A stretch of DNA of 44,744 nt from an uncultured Desulfovibrionaceae bacterium (GTDB lineage Bacteria > Desulfobacterota > Desulfovibrionia > Desulfovibrionales > Desulfovibrionaceae): contig CAZJFJ010000003.1 in the NCBI GenBank assembly GCA_964545305.1, positions 1-44,744 on the forward strand. The letters run 5' to 3'. Below are positions 1 to 7,442 of the stretch, piece by piece. Below the pieces are notes generated by a model. The model had not been told where the DNA came from and made no database searches. It saw only the letters and a list, made by a program, of their open reading frames with translations. Within the stretch, counting starts at the first letter, position 1. Each line of letters begins with the position of its first letter. Both the position numbers and the translations under genes were made by a program.

Positions 1-1057
1 TGCCAAAACTGGCGATCAAGTCCGGTTGTTTCACAAATTTTTCCATGGCTTCCGCCAGCGCAGAGGTGTTTCTTACCGGAACCATAAACCCGTTCACTCC
101 CTCCACCACCAGTTCACGGCAACCGGGCACATCCGCCACCACGGCCGGGCGGCCCATGCTCATCCCTTCCATAATGGATGTGGGGAGCCCCTCCCGGTAG
201 GAAGGCAGCACCATCACGCTGGCCTCTCTGATAAACGGGCGCACATCATCGGTTGCGCCCAGATATTCAAGAAAGCCTCCCTGCGCCCAAGCCTTTACTT
301 CATCCAGCGGAACGCTGCCCGGCCCGCTTTCCGCCGGCCCTAGAATTTGGAAAACGGCCTGATCGGAGTAGTCCCTGCCAAGCTGACTTGCGGCTCCGGC
401 AAATTCTCTTATGCCCTTTGCTTCAACCAGACGGCCCACCAGAAGGAAAGTGACGGGAGAAAGCTTGGGTGGGCAAAATTCGAAATGCCCGATGTCTACC
501 CCGGTTCCACGCAGCATTCCAATCTGGCCCGGCTTAGGTTCCTTGGGCAGTATCCCCAGCTTTTGAAAATGGGCGAGATCGTCGCGATTCTGGAAAAAAA
601 CGGTCTTGCAGTGCTTTAATGCGAATTTATAAAGGCACGACGCTGCCAGGGTAAGAACCCGCTTGGGCAGGTTGTCGGCCTCAAAGGTGTATCCCAGGCC
701 GGTAATCATGGCGAAGCGGGAGGGAACAGATGCGAGCCATGCGGCAATGGTTCCGTAAATGACCGGTTTTATCGCATAGCCGAAGAACACATCGGGCTTT
801 ATCCGGCGCAGTTCCCGCCAGAGCAGATAGAGCGAGCGCAGGTCGGCAACCGGGTTGAGCCCGCGCCTGTTCATGGGAACGGGCCTTACCAAGGCCCCCC
901 AGGATTTGAGGCGGATAATCGCCCGCCTGTCCGCCTCTTCGCTTGTGTCGGGCACAAAACACACCACTTCGTGTCTGGCTTCCACAAGCATTTTAATTAG
1001 CGTGGGCCAGAAATTGGCCATCGAGCGCGCCTGGCTGCCCATAATTACAATGCGCAT
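1..1057 (-). CDS. GT-B fold glycosyltransferase (family 1/4 type), C-terminus cut by window edge
   Basis: The minus-strand frame is open from ATG (1057-1055) to position 1. It is absent from the ORF track because no stop lies in the window. My translation MRIVIMGSQARSMANFWPTLIKMLVEARHEVVCFVPD...VMVLPSYREGLPTSIMEGMSMGRPAVVADVPGCRELVVEGVNGFMVP carries the EG(L/F)P...E-x7-E signature of retaining GT1/GT4 enzymes. Confidence 0.8.
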   Translation of the reverse strand, partial: MRIVIMGSQARSMANFWPTLIKMLVEARHEVVCFVPDTSEEADRRAIIRLKSWGALVRPVPMNRRGLNPVADLRSLYLLWRELRRIKPDVFFGYAIKPVIYGTIAAWLASVPSRFAMITGLGYTFEADNLPKRVLTLAASCLYKFALKHCKTVFFQNRDDLAHFQKLGILPKEPKPGQIGMLRGTGVDIGHFEFCPPKLSPVTFLLVGRLVEAKGIREFAGAASQLGRDYSDQAVFQILGPAESGPGSVPLDEVKAWAQGGFLEYLGATDDVRPFIREASVMVLPSYREGLPTSIMEGMSMGRPAVVADVPGCRELVVEGVNGFMVPVRNTSALAEAMEKFVKQPDLIASFG

Positions 1058-1227
1058 GTTGATCACTTCCTGTTGTTGAGGCTGGCTGGTGCTATATACC
1101 ACATCGGCGGATAACACTGCAAGCGTTCCGGGAGCAAGCTTGCAATAATTCTGTACCCATCCGGATAATTTTGCTAATATGTTGGCGTTCTTTCAAAATA
1201 CGGGTGCGGAATGTGAAGGAGTTCAAA

Positions 1228-2250
1228 ATGCCCAGATACAGTAAATTGTGCGAAAAACTTCGGAAAGAGCCGAAAACCTGGCTGATAACCGGGGTTGCCG
1301 GCTTTATCGGATCAAATCTTCTGGAAACTTTGTTGCAGCTTGATCAGAAAGTGGTGGGGCTCGACAATTTTATGGCCGGCTATCAGCATAATCTGGACAT
1401 GGTGCAGGACATTGCGGGGCCGGAGAGATGGAATAATTTTACGTTCATCCGCGGGGATGTGCGCGATCCGGCATGCTGCGCCAATGCCTGTGAAGGGGTG
1501 GACTATGTGCTTCATCAGGCGGCTCTCGGCTCTGTGCCCCGCTCCATCGTCGAACCGCAGCTTTCCAACGACTGCAATATCACCGGGCACCTGAACATGC
1601 TGGTGGCCGCGCGTGACGCCGGAGCCTCCGGGTTTGTTTACGCGGCTTCGTCTTCAACCTATGGCGACGAACCCACTTTGCCCAAGCGGGAGGATAAAAT
1701 AGGCAAGCCTCTTTCTCCCTACGCCCTCACCAAATATGTGAACGAGCTTTACGGGGAGGTTTTTGCCTCCTGCTACGGCTTTAAAAGCATAGGGCTTCGC
1801 TATTTCAATGTCTTCGGCAGGCGCCAGGATCCTTGCGGAGCATACGCGGCGGTGATTCCGCTATGGTTTTCCGCCCTGCTGAAAGGGGAACAGATCGTAA
1901 TAAACGGTGATGGCGAGACCTCCCGCGATTTCTGCTATATAGACAATTGCGTGCAGGCCAATATTCTGGCCGCTTGCGCCCCAGACAGTTCTAAAAATGA
2001 AATATACAACGTTGCCGTGGGCGAGCGCACCAGCCTGAACGAATTGTTTTACACCCTGCGTTCAGAGGTCGCCCGCTTCCGTCCCGAAGCGGCGGAAGTA
2101 GAACCGGAATACGGCCCGTTTCGTGAAGGCGATGTACGTCATTCCCAGGCCGACATCAACAAGGCTTCCCGCATGCTCGGCTACAGCCCGGAGCATGGAG
2201 TGGCGCAGGGGCTCTCGTTGTCGGCGGAGTGGTATTATAGCAATTTATAG
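1228..2250 (+). CDS. NAD-dependent nucleotide-sugar 4-epimerase (extended SDR, WbpP/TviC-like)
   Basis: ORF 1171..2250. The preferred ATG at 1228 follows GAAGGAG. Motifs: Rossmann [15 protein letters not shown], catalytic SSSTYG and YALTKY (YxxxK), and NVFGRRQDP. Confidence 0.85.
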   Translation: MPRYSKLCEKLRKEPKTWLITGVAGFIGSNLLETLLQLDQKVVGLDNFMAGYQHNLDMVQDIAGPERWNNFTFIRGDVRDPACCANACEGVDYVLHQAALGSVPRSIVEPQLSNDCNITGHLNMLVAARDAGASGFVYAASSSTYGDEPTLPKREDKIGKPLSPYALTKYVNELYGEVFASCYGFKSIGLRYFNVFGRRQDPCGAYAAVIPLWFSALLKGEQIVINGDGETSRDFCYIDNCVQANILAACAPDSSKNEIYNVAVGERTSLNELFYTLRSEVARFRPEAAEVEPEYGPFREGDVRHSQADINKASRMLGYSPEHGVAQGLSLSAEWYYSNL

Positions 2251-2282
2251 TTCTTCAGGCGTGATTTTTTTTGACAAACAGC

Positions 2283-2311
2283 TTGACGAACCCTTTGAAA
2301 GGATGTAAATG
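2283..2311 (+). promoter_or_regulatory. Candidate sigma-70 promoter for rplU-rpmA
   Basis: TTGACG (2283-2288), a 17-nt spacer, then TAAATG (2306-2311), about 30 nt upstream of the rplU ATG. A second TTGACA lies at 2271-2276. Confidence 0.35.
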
Positions 2312-2341
2312 TCCAAATCCGTTCATTGGAGGATTTGTAAA

Positions 2342-2650
2342 ATGTACGCTATTATTGAAACAGGTGGTAAACAGCTTTGTGTGTCTGAAGGCAAAACCTT
2401 CAGAGTGGACAAGCTGGCAGCAGATACAGGCAGCGAAGTCAGCATTGATAAAGTGCTGATGGTTGGCGGTTCCAATTTTTCCGTAGGAGCCCCCTATCTT
2501 TCAGGCGCTAAAGTTACTGCGGAAGTAGTAGACCATTTCCGTGGAGAAAAAATTATCGTTTTCAAAAAGCGCAGACGTAAAGACTCCCGCAGCAAGCAGG
2601 GTCACCGTCAGGATTACACCACTATCAGAATCAACTCCATTGTGGCGTAA
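2342..2650 (+). CDS. rplU: 50S ribosomal protein L21
   Basis: MYAIIETGGKQLCVSEGKTFRVDKL... is the canonical L21 N-terminus. The internal ATG at 2342 of ORF 2309..2650 is chosen on that basis. Confidence 0.95.
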   Translation: MYAIIETGGKQLCVSEGKTFRVDKLAADTGSEVSIDKVLMVGGSNFSVGAPYLSGAKVTAEVVDHFRGEKIIVFKKRRRKDSRSKQGHRQDYTTIRINSIVA

Positions 2651-2663
2651 GGAGATATAAGTC

Positions 2664-2933
2664 ATGGCACATAAGAAAGCAGGCGGGTCTACCCGCAACG
2701 GTCGCGACAGTAAGGGTCAACGCCGCGGAGTGAAGATTTTTGGCGGGCAGGCCGTTTCCGCAGGCAGCATTCTGGTTCGCCAGCTGGGAACTAAAATTCA
2801 CCCAGGTGAAGGCGTGGGCTTGGGCCGGGACTTCACCATCTTCGCAACCTGCGACGGTGTGGTTAAGTACGAAAAGTACGTCCGCAAAACAAGAAGCCTT
2901 ACCAGAGTGCATGTGCTTCCCCAGGAAGCCTAG
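2664..2933 (+). CDS. rpmA: 50S ribosomal protein L27
   Basis: [29 protein letters not shown]... is the canonical L27 N-terminus. The gene lies 13 nt after rplU. Confidence 0.95.
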   Translation: MAHKKAGGSTRNGRDSKGQRRGVKIFGGQAVSAGSILVRQLGTKIHPGEGVGLGRDFTIFATCDGVVKYEKYVRKTRSLTRVHVLPQEA

Positions 2934-2958
2934 TTTCTGGCAGTATCAAGATTTTTAA

Positions 2959-2996
2959 AGGCGGAAGAGGCGGATGCTTCTTTCGCCTTTTTTTCT
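2959..2996 (+). terminator. Rho-independent terminator after rpmA
   Basis: AGGCGGAAGAGG (2959-2970) pairs with CTTCTTTCGCCT (2977-2988) using two G-U pairs. The loop is CGGATG and a T-run follows. Confidence 0.6.
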
Positions 2997-3124
2997 TTGT
3001 CTGATTGAGATTGGGTGTTTGATTTCAAATTTTATCCTTTCTCTGGGGGTAAACCGCGGAGGAAAGGGGTGGCCGGGAAAATGTTCCGAAAAGATTTTTG
3101 GCCGCATAAAGAGTGGATTTTTCA

Positions 3125-4285
3125 ATGCGATTTGTAGATGAGGCGCATATATCGGTAAAGGCCGGCAAAGGCGGCGCTGGCTGCATATCTTTCAGGCGCG
3201 AGAAGTTTATCCCGCGGGGCGGGCCGAATGGCGGCGACGGGGGCGCTGGCGGAAACGTGATTGTGAAGACCTCGGAGAGGCTGCTTTCGCTTTACGACTT
3301 CCGTCTGAAAAGGCGTTACGAAGCGGAGAACGGACAGCCGGGCCAGGGCAGCCAGATGCACGGAAGGGACGGTAATGACGTGGTGCTGGAGCTTCCGCTG
3401 GGCACACTGGTCTACGCGGTGACGCCGGAAGGCGAACGCCTGATTGCCGACCTAAACAGTTTTGATTCATGCGAGGTGATTGCCAGGGGCGGCCAGGGCG
3501 GCAAGGGAAACGAACATTTCAAATCGTCCACCATGCAGGCTCCTAAATTTGCTCAGCCCGGGGGACCGAGCGAGGAACTCACCCTCAGGCTGGAGCTTAA
3601 AATTCTGGCCGACGCCGGGCTTTTGGGGCTTCCAAATGCCGGGAAATCAACTTTTATCTCAAAGGTTTCCGCAGCAAGGCCCAAAATAGCCCCGTATCCC
3701 TTTACCACGCTTGTTCCAAATTTGGGCGTGATGCTTGATAATGACAATTATGAGCGCCGTCTGGTCATTGCCGACATTCCGGGCCTGATTGAAGGGGCGC
3801 ACGCCGGGCAGGGGCTGGGGCACAGGTTTCTCAGGCATTTGGAGCGCACCCGCTTTCTGGTGCATATTCTGAGCGCCGAAGACATCAGCCTGGACGACCC
3901 CTGGGCCGGGTTTCAGATGATCAATGAGGAACTCGCGCTGTTTGAGCCAAGGCTGGCTGAACGCAAGCAAATAGAAGTGGTGAACAAGACTGATTTGCTT
4001 GATGAAGAATTTCTGGCTGAACTGAAAGCCGTTGCCGCAAAGGAAGGACGCAGGGTCTTTTTCATTTCCGCGCTGAACAGTGATGGAATGACGGATGGCC
4101 TGGAAGAGCTCAAGAACGCCATGTGGAGCCTGAACGACAGCCTTCCGGTGAGTGATGCTTTTGTCCGTCCGCGCACGGCGGAAGAGTTGTTTGGGGAGAT
4201 TGCCTCTTCATCCGAGAGTGAAGAGGGGGAGCTTCTGGATGACGAGGATTATTCCGGCATCGAAGTGATTTGGACCAAAGAATAG
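3125..4285 (+). CDS. obg: GTPase Obg/CgtA
   Basis: MRFVDEAHISVKAGKGGAGCISFRREKFIPRGGPNGGDGGAGGNVI is the Obg fold with its glycine-rich N-terminal domain. G1 motif GLPNAGKST and G3 motif DIPGLIEGA are present. Sits in conserved rplU-rpmA-obg synteny. Confidence 0.95.
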   Translation: MRFVDEAHISVKAGKGGAGCISFRREKFIPRGGPNGGDGGAGGNVIVKTSERLLSLYDFRLKRRYEAENGQPGQGSQMHGRDGNDVVLELPLGTLVYAVTPEGERLIADLNSFDSCEVIARGGQGGKGNEHFKSSTMQAPKFAQPGGPSEELTLRLELKILADAGLLGLPNAGKSTFISKVSAARPKIAPYPFTTLVPNLGVMLDNDNYERRLVIADIPGLIEGAHAGQGLGHRFLRHLERTRFLVHILSAEDISLDDPWAGFQMINEELALFEPRLAERKQIEVVNKTDLLDEEFLAELKAVAAKEGRRVFFISALNSDGMTDGLEELKNAMWSLNDSLPVSDAFVRPRTAEELFGEIASSSESEEGELLDDEDYSGIEVIWTKE

Positions 4286-4299
4286 GTGGCGGGGCAGTT

Positions 4300-5442
4300 A
4301 TGGATTGGCAGAGTGAAAGACTGGAAGTGATGAGACAGGCCCGTTGCGTGGTTGTTAAAGTGGGCAGTGCGGTGCTCACTGATGAACACGGGCTGGACCT
4401 TAATGTGATTAAAAACCTGGTATCCCAGCTGGCTTTTTTGCACAGAAAAGGCATAAACGCCGTGCTGGTTTCGTCGGGCGCGGTTGCGGCGGGGCGGGCG
4501 GTTTTAAGGGAATCGGGCGCCAGCATTGAGGGAGTTCCGGGCAAACAGGCCGCCTCGGCCATCGGGCAGAGCCGCCTGATGCACACTTATGACCAGCTTT
4601 TTGATGCGCACGAAATAATTTCGGCCCAAGTTCTGCTTACCCGCGAGGATCTGGGCGACAGGCACCGTTTTTTGAATGCGCGCAATACCTTCACCCAGCT
4701 GCTTTCCTGGGGAGTGCTTCCGGTGATCAATGAAAATGACACTGTGGCGGTGCAGGAACTTTTGAAGTTTGGGGACAATGATACTTTGGGCAGCCTGCTG
4801 CTTAACTTGGTTGAAGCGGATCTGTTCGTGAACTTGACCACGGTTGGAGGAGTGCTTGACGACAACCCGCAAAAGAACCGGGACTGCAAGATTATGCCTT
4901 GCGTGGAGGACGTGCACAGCCTTGACCTGGATGGGCTTTGCGGGGGTAAAAGTAGTGTTGGCACCGGGGGCATGTATTCAAAGCTGCTTGCGGCGCGAAG
5001 GGCTTCCCAGCTTGGCGTGCCGACCATGATTTTGCCCGGCAAGGAAAAGGAAATTTTGATCAGGGCTTTTGAAGGTGAATCTGTCGGAACCTGGATTCGC
5101 GCCAATGTAAGAGGGATTTCCCGCCGTAAATTCTGGATGGCATACAATCAGAACGTTTACGGGCAAATATTCGTCGACTCCGGGGCCGCGAAGGCCCTGC
5201 GCGAAGGGGGAACCAGCCTGTTGCCCGCAGGCATTATTGAAGTGGAAGGAGATTTCCATTCGGGCGACCTGGTTCGTGTGCTGACCAGGGACGGAGACAT
5301 GGTCGGAGTGGGGCTCAGCAATTATAATTCCCGGGAATTGCAGCAAATCAAGGGAAGGAAGCTTTCTGAGCTGATGAGCTCCAATGAGCCGTACCTTGAA
5401 GCCATTCATTGTGACAACTTGTTGATCGGCGCAGTTATTTAG
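4300..5442 (+). CDS. proB: Glutamate 5-kinase with C-terminal PUA domain
   Basis: VVKVGSAVLTDEHGLD, INENDTVAV and GTGGMYSKL are amino-acid kinase motifs, and the C-terminal part is PUA-like. ATG 4300 is preferred over TTG 4270. The TAG stop at 5440-5442 is also the first 3 nt of a repeat element. Confidence 0.9.
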   Translation: MDWQSERLEVMRQARCVVVKVGSAVLTDEHGLDLNVIKNLVSQLAFLHRKGINAVLVSSGAVAAGRAVLRESGASIEGVPGKQAASAIGQSRLMHTYDQLFDAHEIISAQVLLTREDLGDRHRFLNARNTFTQLLSWGVLPVINENDTVAVQELLKFGDNDTLGSLLLNLVEADLFVNLTTVGGVLDDNPQKNRDCKIMPCVEDVHSLDLDGLCGGKSSVGTGGMYSKLLAARRASQLGVPTMILPGKEKEILIRAFEGESVGTWIRANVRGISRRKFWMAYNQNVYGQIFVDSGAAKALREGGTSLLPAGIIEVEGDFHSGDLVRVLTRDGDMVGVGLSNYNSRELQQIKGRKLSELMSSNEPYLEAIHCDNLLIGAVI

Positions 5443-5558
5443 AGCAGTTAACGCCTCAAATGATTGCTTAACGGGAGGCAAAGCCTTCCTGCAATCATTT
5501 GACGGCAAGGATTTGTCTTCAACTCCTTGCAGGGCATTTCAAGTGTGAAATGGCCTAG
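5440..5558 (+). repeat. Structured intergenic repeat, family 1, copy A
   Basis: TAGAGCAGTTAACGCCTCAAATGATTGC...GCAATCATTTGACGGCAAGGATTTGTCTTCAA.TCCTTGC..GCATTTCAAGTGTGAAAT. An 11-bp perfect stem joins 5457-5467 to 5491-5501. A second hairpin is GCAAGGA/TCCTTGC. Near-identical copies lie at 12586, 24336 and 39818. Confidence 0.85.
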
Positions 5559-5685
5559 AGCAGATTAACTTTAAGACGCCGCACTCGGCGTTGCCGGCGG
5601 AAGTAAATTCCGCCTACGCCTCGTGCACGGACATCCCTTCTTGGGTCGGGCTGTCCTAGAGCATTTCAAGTGTGAAATACTCTAA
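5556..5685 (+). repeat. Repeat family 2 (variable core), abutting family-1 copy A
   Basis: Begins TAGAGCAGATTAACTTT and ends CCTAGAGCATTTCAAGTGTGAAATACTCTA. The same start motif (AAAGCAGATTAATTTT) and end motif (AGAGCATTT) bracket 35253..35404. Confidence 0.5.
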
Positions 5686-5713
5686 TACCCTGGAGTTTGT
5701 TTCCGGACTTTTC

Positions 5714-5742
5714 TTGCCTTGAAAAATAATTGGGATTAATAT
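5714..5742 (+). promoter_or_regulatory. Candidate sigma-70 promoter for the small membrane protein gene
   Basis: TTGCCT (5714-5719), a 17-nt spacer, then TAATAT (5737-5742). Confidence 0.4.
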
Positions 5743-5805
5743 ATCTTTCAAATGCGCGCGTTGGAACGCAGAAGCGCACAGGCACACAAAAATCAGGAGT
5801 TTATT

Positions 5806-5994
5806 ATGCCGCCAACCCCTCCCCCGCGAAAAACTACCGAAGAAGTCCGCACCTTGAAAGCAAGCGCATGGGTGCGCTTGACGCGAGTGGCAATCAGTTT
5901 TCTGCTGGGCGGCCTCGCCCTTCTGGTTCTTCTGGTCATCTCTGGAAACAAGACGGTAGGTGAAGTTCTGGAAATGCTTAAGGGATTATTTTGA
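5806..5994 (+). CDS. Small single-pass membrane protein (62 aa), function unknown
   Basis: The internal ATG at 5806 of ORF 5752..5994 follows AGGAG. The product is MPPTPPPRKTTEE... and has one hydrophobic helix (VAISFLLGGLALLVLLVI). A strong terminator follows. Confidence 0.5.
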   Translation: MPPTPPPRKTTEEVRTLKASAWVRLTRVAISFLLGGLALLVLLVISGNKTVGEVLEMLKGLF

Positions 5995-6018
5995 CGGATT
6001 ACGTGTCGATCGGAATTT

Positions 6019-6052
6019 AAAAAAGCGGGCAGCCTGGGCTGCCCGCTTTTTG
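6019..6052. terminator. Bidirectional rho-independent terminator between convergent genes
   Basis: AAAAAGCGGGCAGC-CTGG-GCTGCCCGCTTTTT: a 10-bp GC-rich stem flanked by an A-run and a T-run. Confidence 0.85.
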
Positions 6053-6196
6053 GATTCATGGCCAAAGCATTTTAACATGAAAGAGAGTTTTTTGACAAAA
6101 AGCTCTGCCAGCGTGGAGCGCTGTTCACCCGCGGGCACAGGGGGGGAAGTTATTTCCACGGTTAAGCGCCGCATTGCTGTTTCAAATTAGTCCGCT

Positions 6197-6550
6197 CTAT
6201 GAAGTGCGGTCCATATACATGGGAATTGCTGTTGTTCCCGAGGTCAGGGTCTTGTTGTAGCCGCGCTGGACTTTCGCCTGCTTTTTCCCCTGTTTGAATT
6301 CTTCCTGCAAGGAACTGTGAAGTTTTTTGGCCTCTTCTGTCAATTTGCCCTGCAATTCATGCATTTCTATAAGTTTGTTTTTAAACTCTTCGGCCACATT
6401 GGGCTGGAAGAATTGCCCGGCTTCCCGCACAAGGCTGGCGCGGCTTTTCGCGTATCCTTCCGCCTGCTCTATTTCGCCCGCTTGCAGGCAGGAAAGTTCA
6501 AGCTCTCCAAGCCGCAGGGCTTCATCAATTTTGCGAATGCCTTTATTCAT
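6197..6550 (-). CDS. Hypothetical coiled-coil protein (117 aa)
   Basis: The ORF has a helical, charged composition (LQGKLTEEAKKLHSSLQEEFKQGKKQ). It lies 33 nt downstream of the 6584..7273 gene on the same strand. No family was recognised. Confidence 0.55.
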   Translation of the reverse strand: MNKGIRKIDEALRLGELELSCLQAGEIEQAEGYAKSRASLVREAGQFFQPNVAEEFKNKLIEMHELQGKLTEEAKKLHSSLQEEFKQGKKQAKVQRGYNKTLTSGTTAIPMYMDRTS

Positions 6551-6583
6551 AGCGCCACCTTCGGCTGCGCGCCGGGATTTTGG

Positions 6584-7273
6584 TCAGTTCTGTTTCTCAA
6601 TGCTGTTCTGGATAAAAGAAATGGTCTCTTCCCAGTTTTCCATTATGGGCAAGAATTCGTATTCCAGGAGATCTGAAAGAAGAATCCAGTCTTCATTTTC
6701 CAGTACCTCGGTCATTTCGCTGAGCAGGTTTGAAATGTTTTCCACATTGGCCGAAAATTCCGGAATAACCTCCTCAACCCCCACATACTCATTGCGCAGA
6801 AGGGAAATCATCCCAAGGAAATCGCGGGTAACATCCATCAGATCCTGGAAAAGCTCCAGGGCCTCGGAATCATCGGCGCGGCGAAACAGGGCTGCTATCT
6901 CGCGGGAGCCGGCGCTCATCAGCTTGCTTACTTTTCTAAGTTCCTGGGTAATGCTTGCGGCCATCTGGTTAATCGGCATGGACTGAATTTCCAATGATTC
7001 TATTTCTGAAATTTCAATATCTTCCGCCTGGTGAGGATAAATTTCGGAAAATTGCTCTTTGTTGACCAGAACGTCAGTGATGATCCGTTCTTTAAGAGAA
7101 TCCTCCTCCATTACCTTGATAAGCACTTCCTGCAAATTTTCAAAGGAACTGAGCTTAAGCTGGGCCTCACGGCCGTCTATAATAATCATCAACACACCCT
7201 CCTCATTGGGATGCACTTGTAAATAGTGCGTTTTTCTGCCGGCTGACAGGGAGCGGGCAGGAAAATTTGACAT
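6584..7273 (-). CDS. Hypothetical acidic protein (229 aa)
   Basis: Long ORF with normal codon structure. The N-terminal third is beta-rich (VLMIIIDGREAQLKL) and the C-terminus is acidic and helical. No family was recognised. Confidence 0.6.
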   Translation of the reverse strand: MSNFPARSLSAGRKTHYLQVHPNEEGVLMIIIDGREAQLKLSSFENLQEVLIKVMEEDSLKERIITDVLVNKEQFSEIYPHQAEDIEISEIESLEIQSMPINQMAASITQELRKVSKLMSAGSREIAALFRRADDSEALELFQDLMDVTRDFLGMISLLRNEYVGVEEVIPEFSANVENISNLLSEMTEVLENEDWILLSDLLEYEFLPIMENWEETISFIQNSIEKQN

Positions 7274-7284
7274 TATAAAGCCTT

Positions 7285-7300
7285 TGGCAGAGGCTATGCA
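7285..7300 (+). promoter_or_regulatory. Sigma-54 (-24/-12) promoter candidate for the 7TMR-DISM gene
   Basis: TGGCAgaggctaTGCA. GG and GC have the canonical spacing (GG at positions 2-3, GC at 14-15). Lies about 140 nt upstream of 7443. Confidence 0.5.
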
Positions 7301-7312
7301 AAAAAAATGCCG
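7297..7312 (-). promoter_or_regulatory. Possible divergent sigma-54-like motif sharing the palindromic TGCA core
   Basis: The minus strand reads CGGCAtttttttTTGCA with correct GG/GC spacing. It points at the 7273 start, leaving only about a 12-nt leader. The spacer is a low-complexity T-run. Confidence 0.25.
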
Positions 7313-7442
7313 ACTCTTTGAAAAGACCTTTCTAAAAAAACTTCACAAAGCGGGCCTCATGCGGTAAGCTTTTAAAAGAATTAATATTTATTGGCGGGTC
7401 AACGTTCGCAAACGGCAATATTTTCAGTCTGCGGGTGGGTCT

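Noticed and set aside
26-1079. Plus-strand ORFs 26..343 (His-rich), 253..453, 347..619 and 855..1079, and minus-strand ORF 681..962
   Set aside because: All lie inside the long minus-strand glycosyltransferase frame, which has clear family motifs. Their own products are low-complexity (H/R/P-rich) and have no RBS. They are antisense or off-frame shadows.
4978-5508. ORFs that run through the repeat copies and give similar peptides ([22 protein letters not shown] here; also 12548..12736 and 39671..39886)
   Set aside because: The peptide similarity simply reflects the repeated DNA. The ORFs differ in length and context, lack RBSs, and are otherwise antisense to real genes or intergenic. I interpret them as non-coding repeats.
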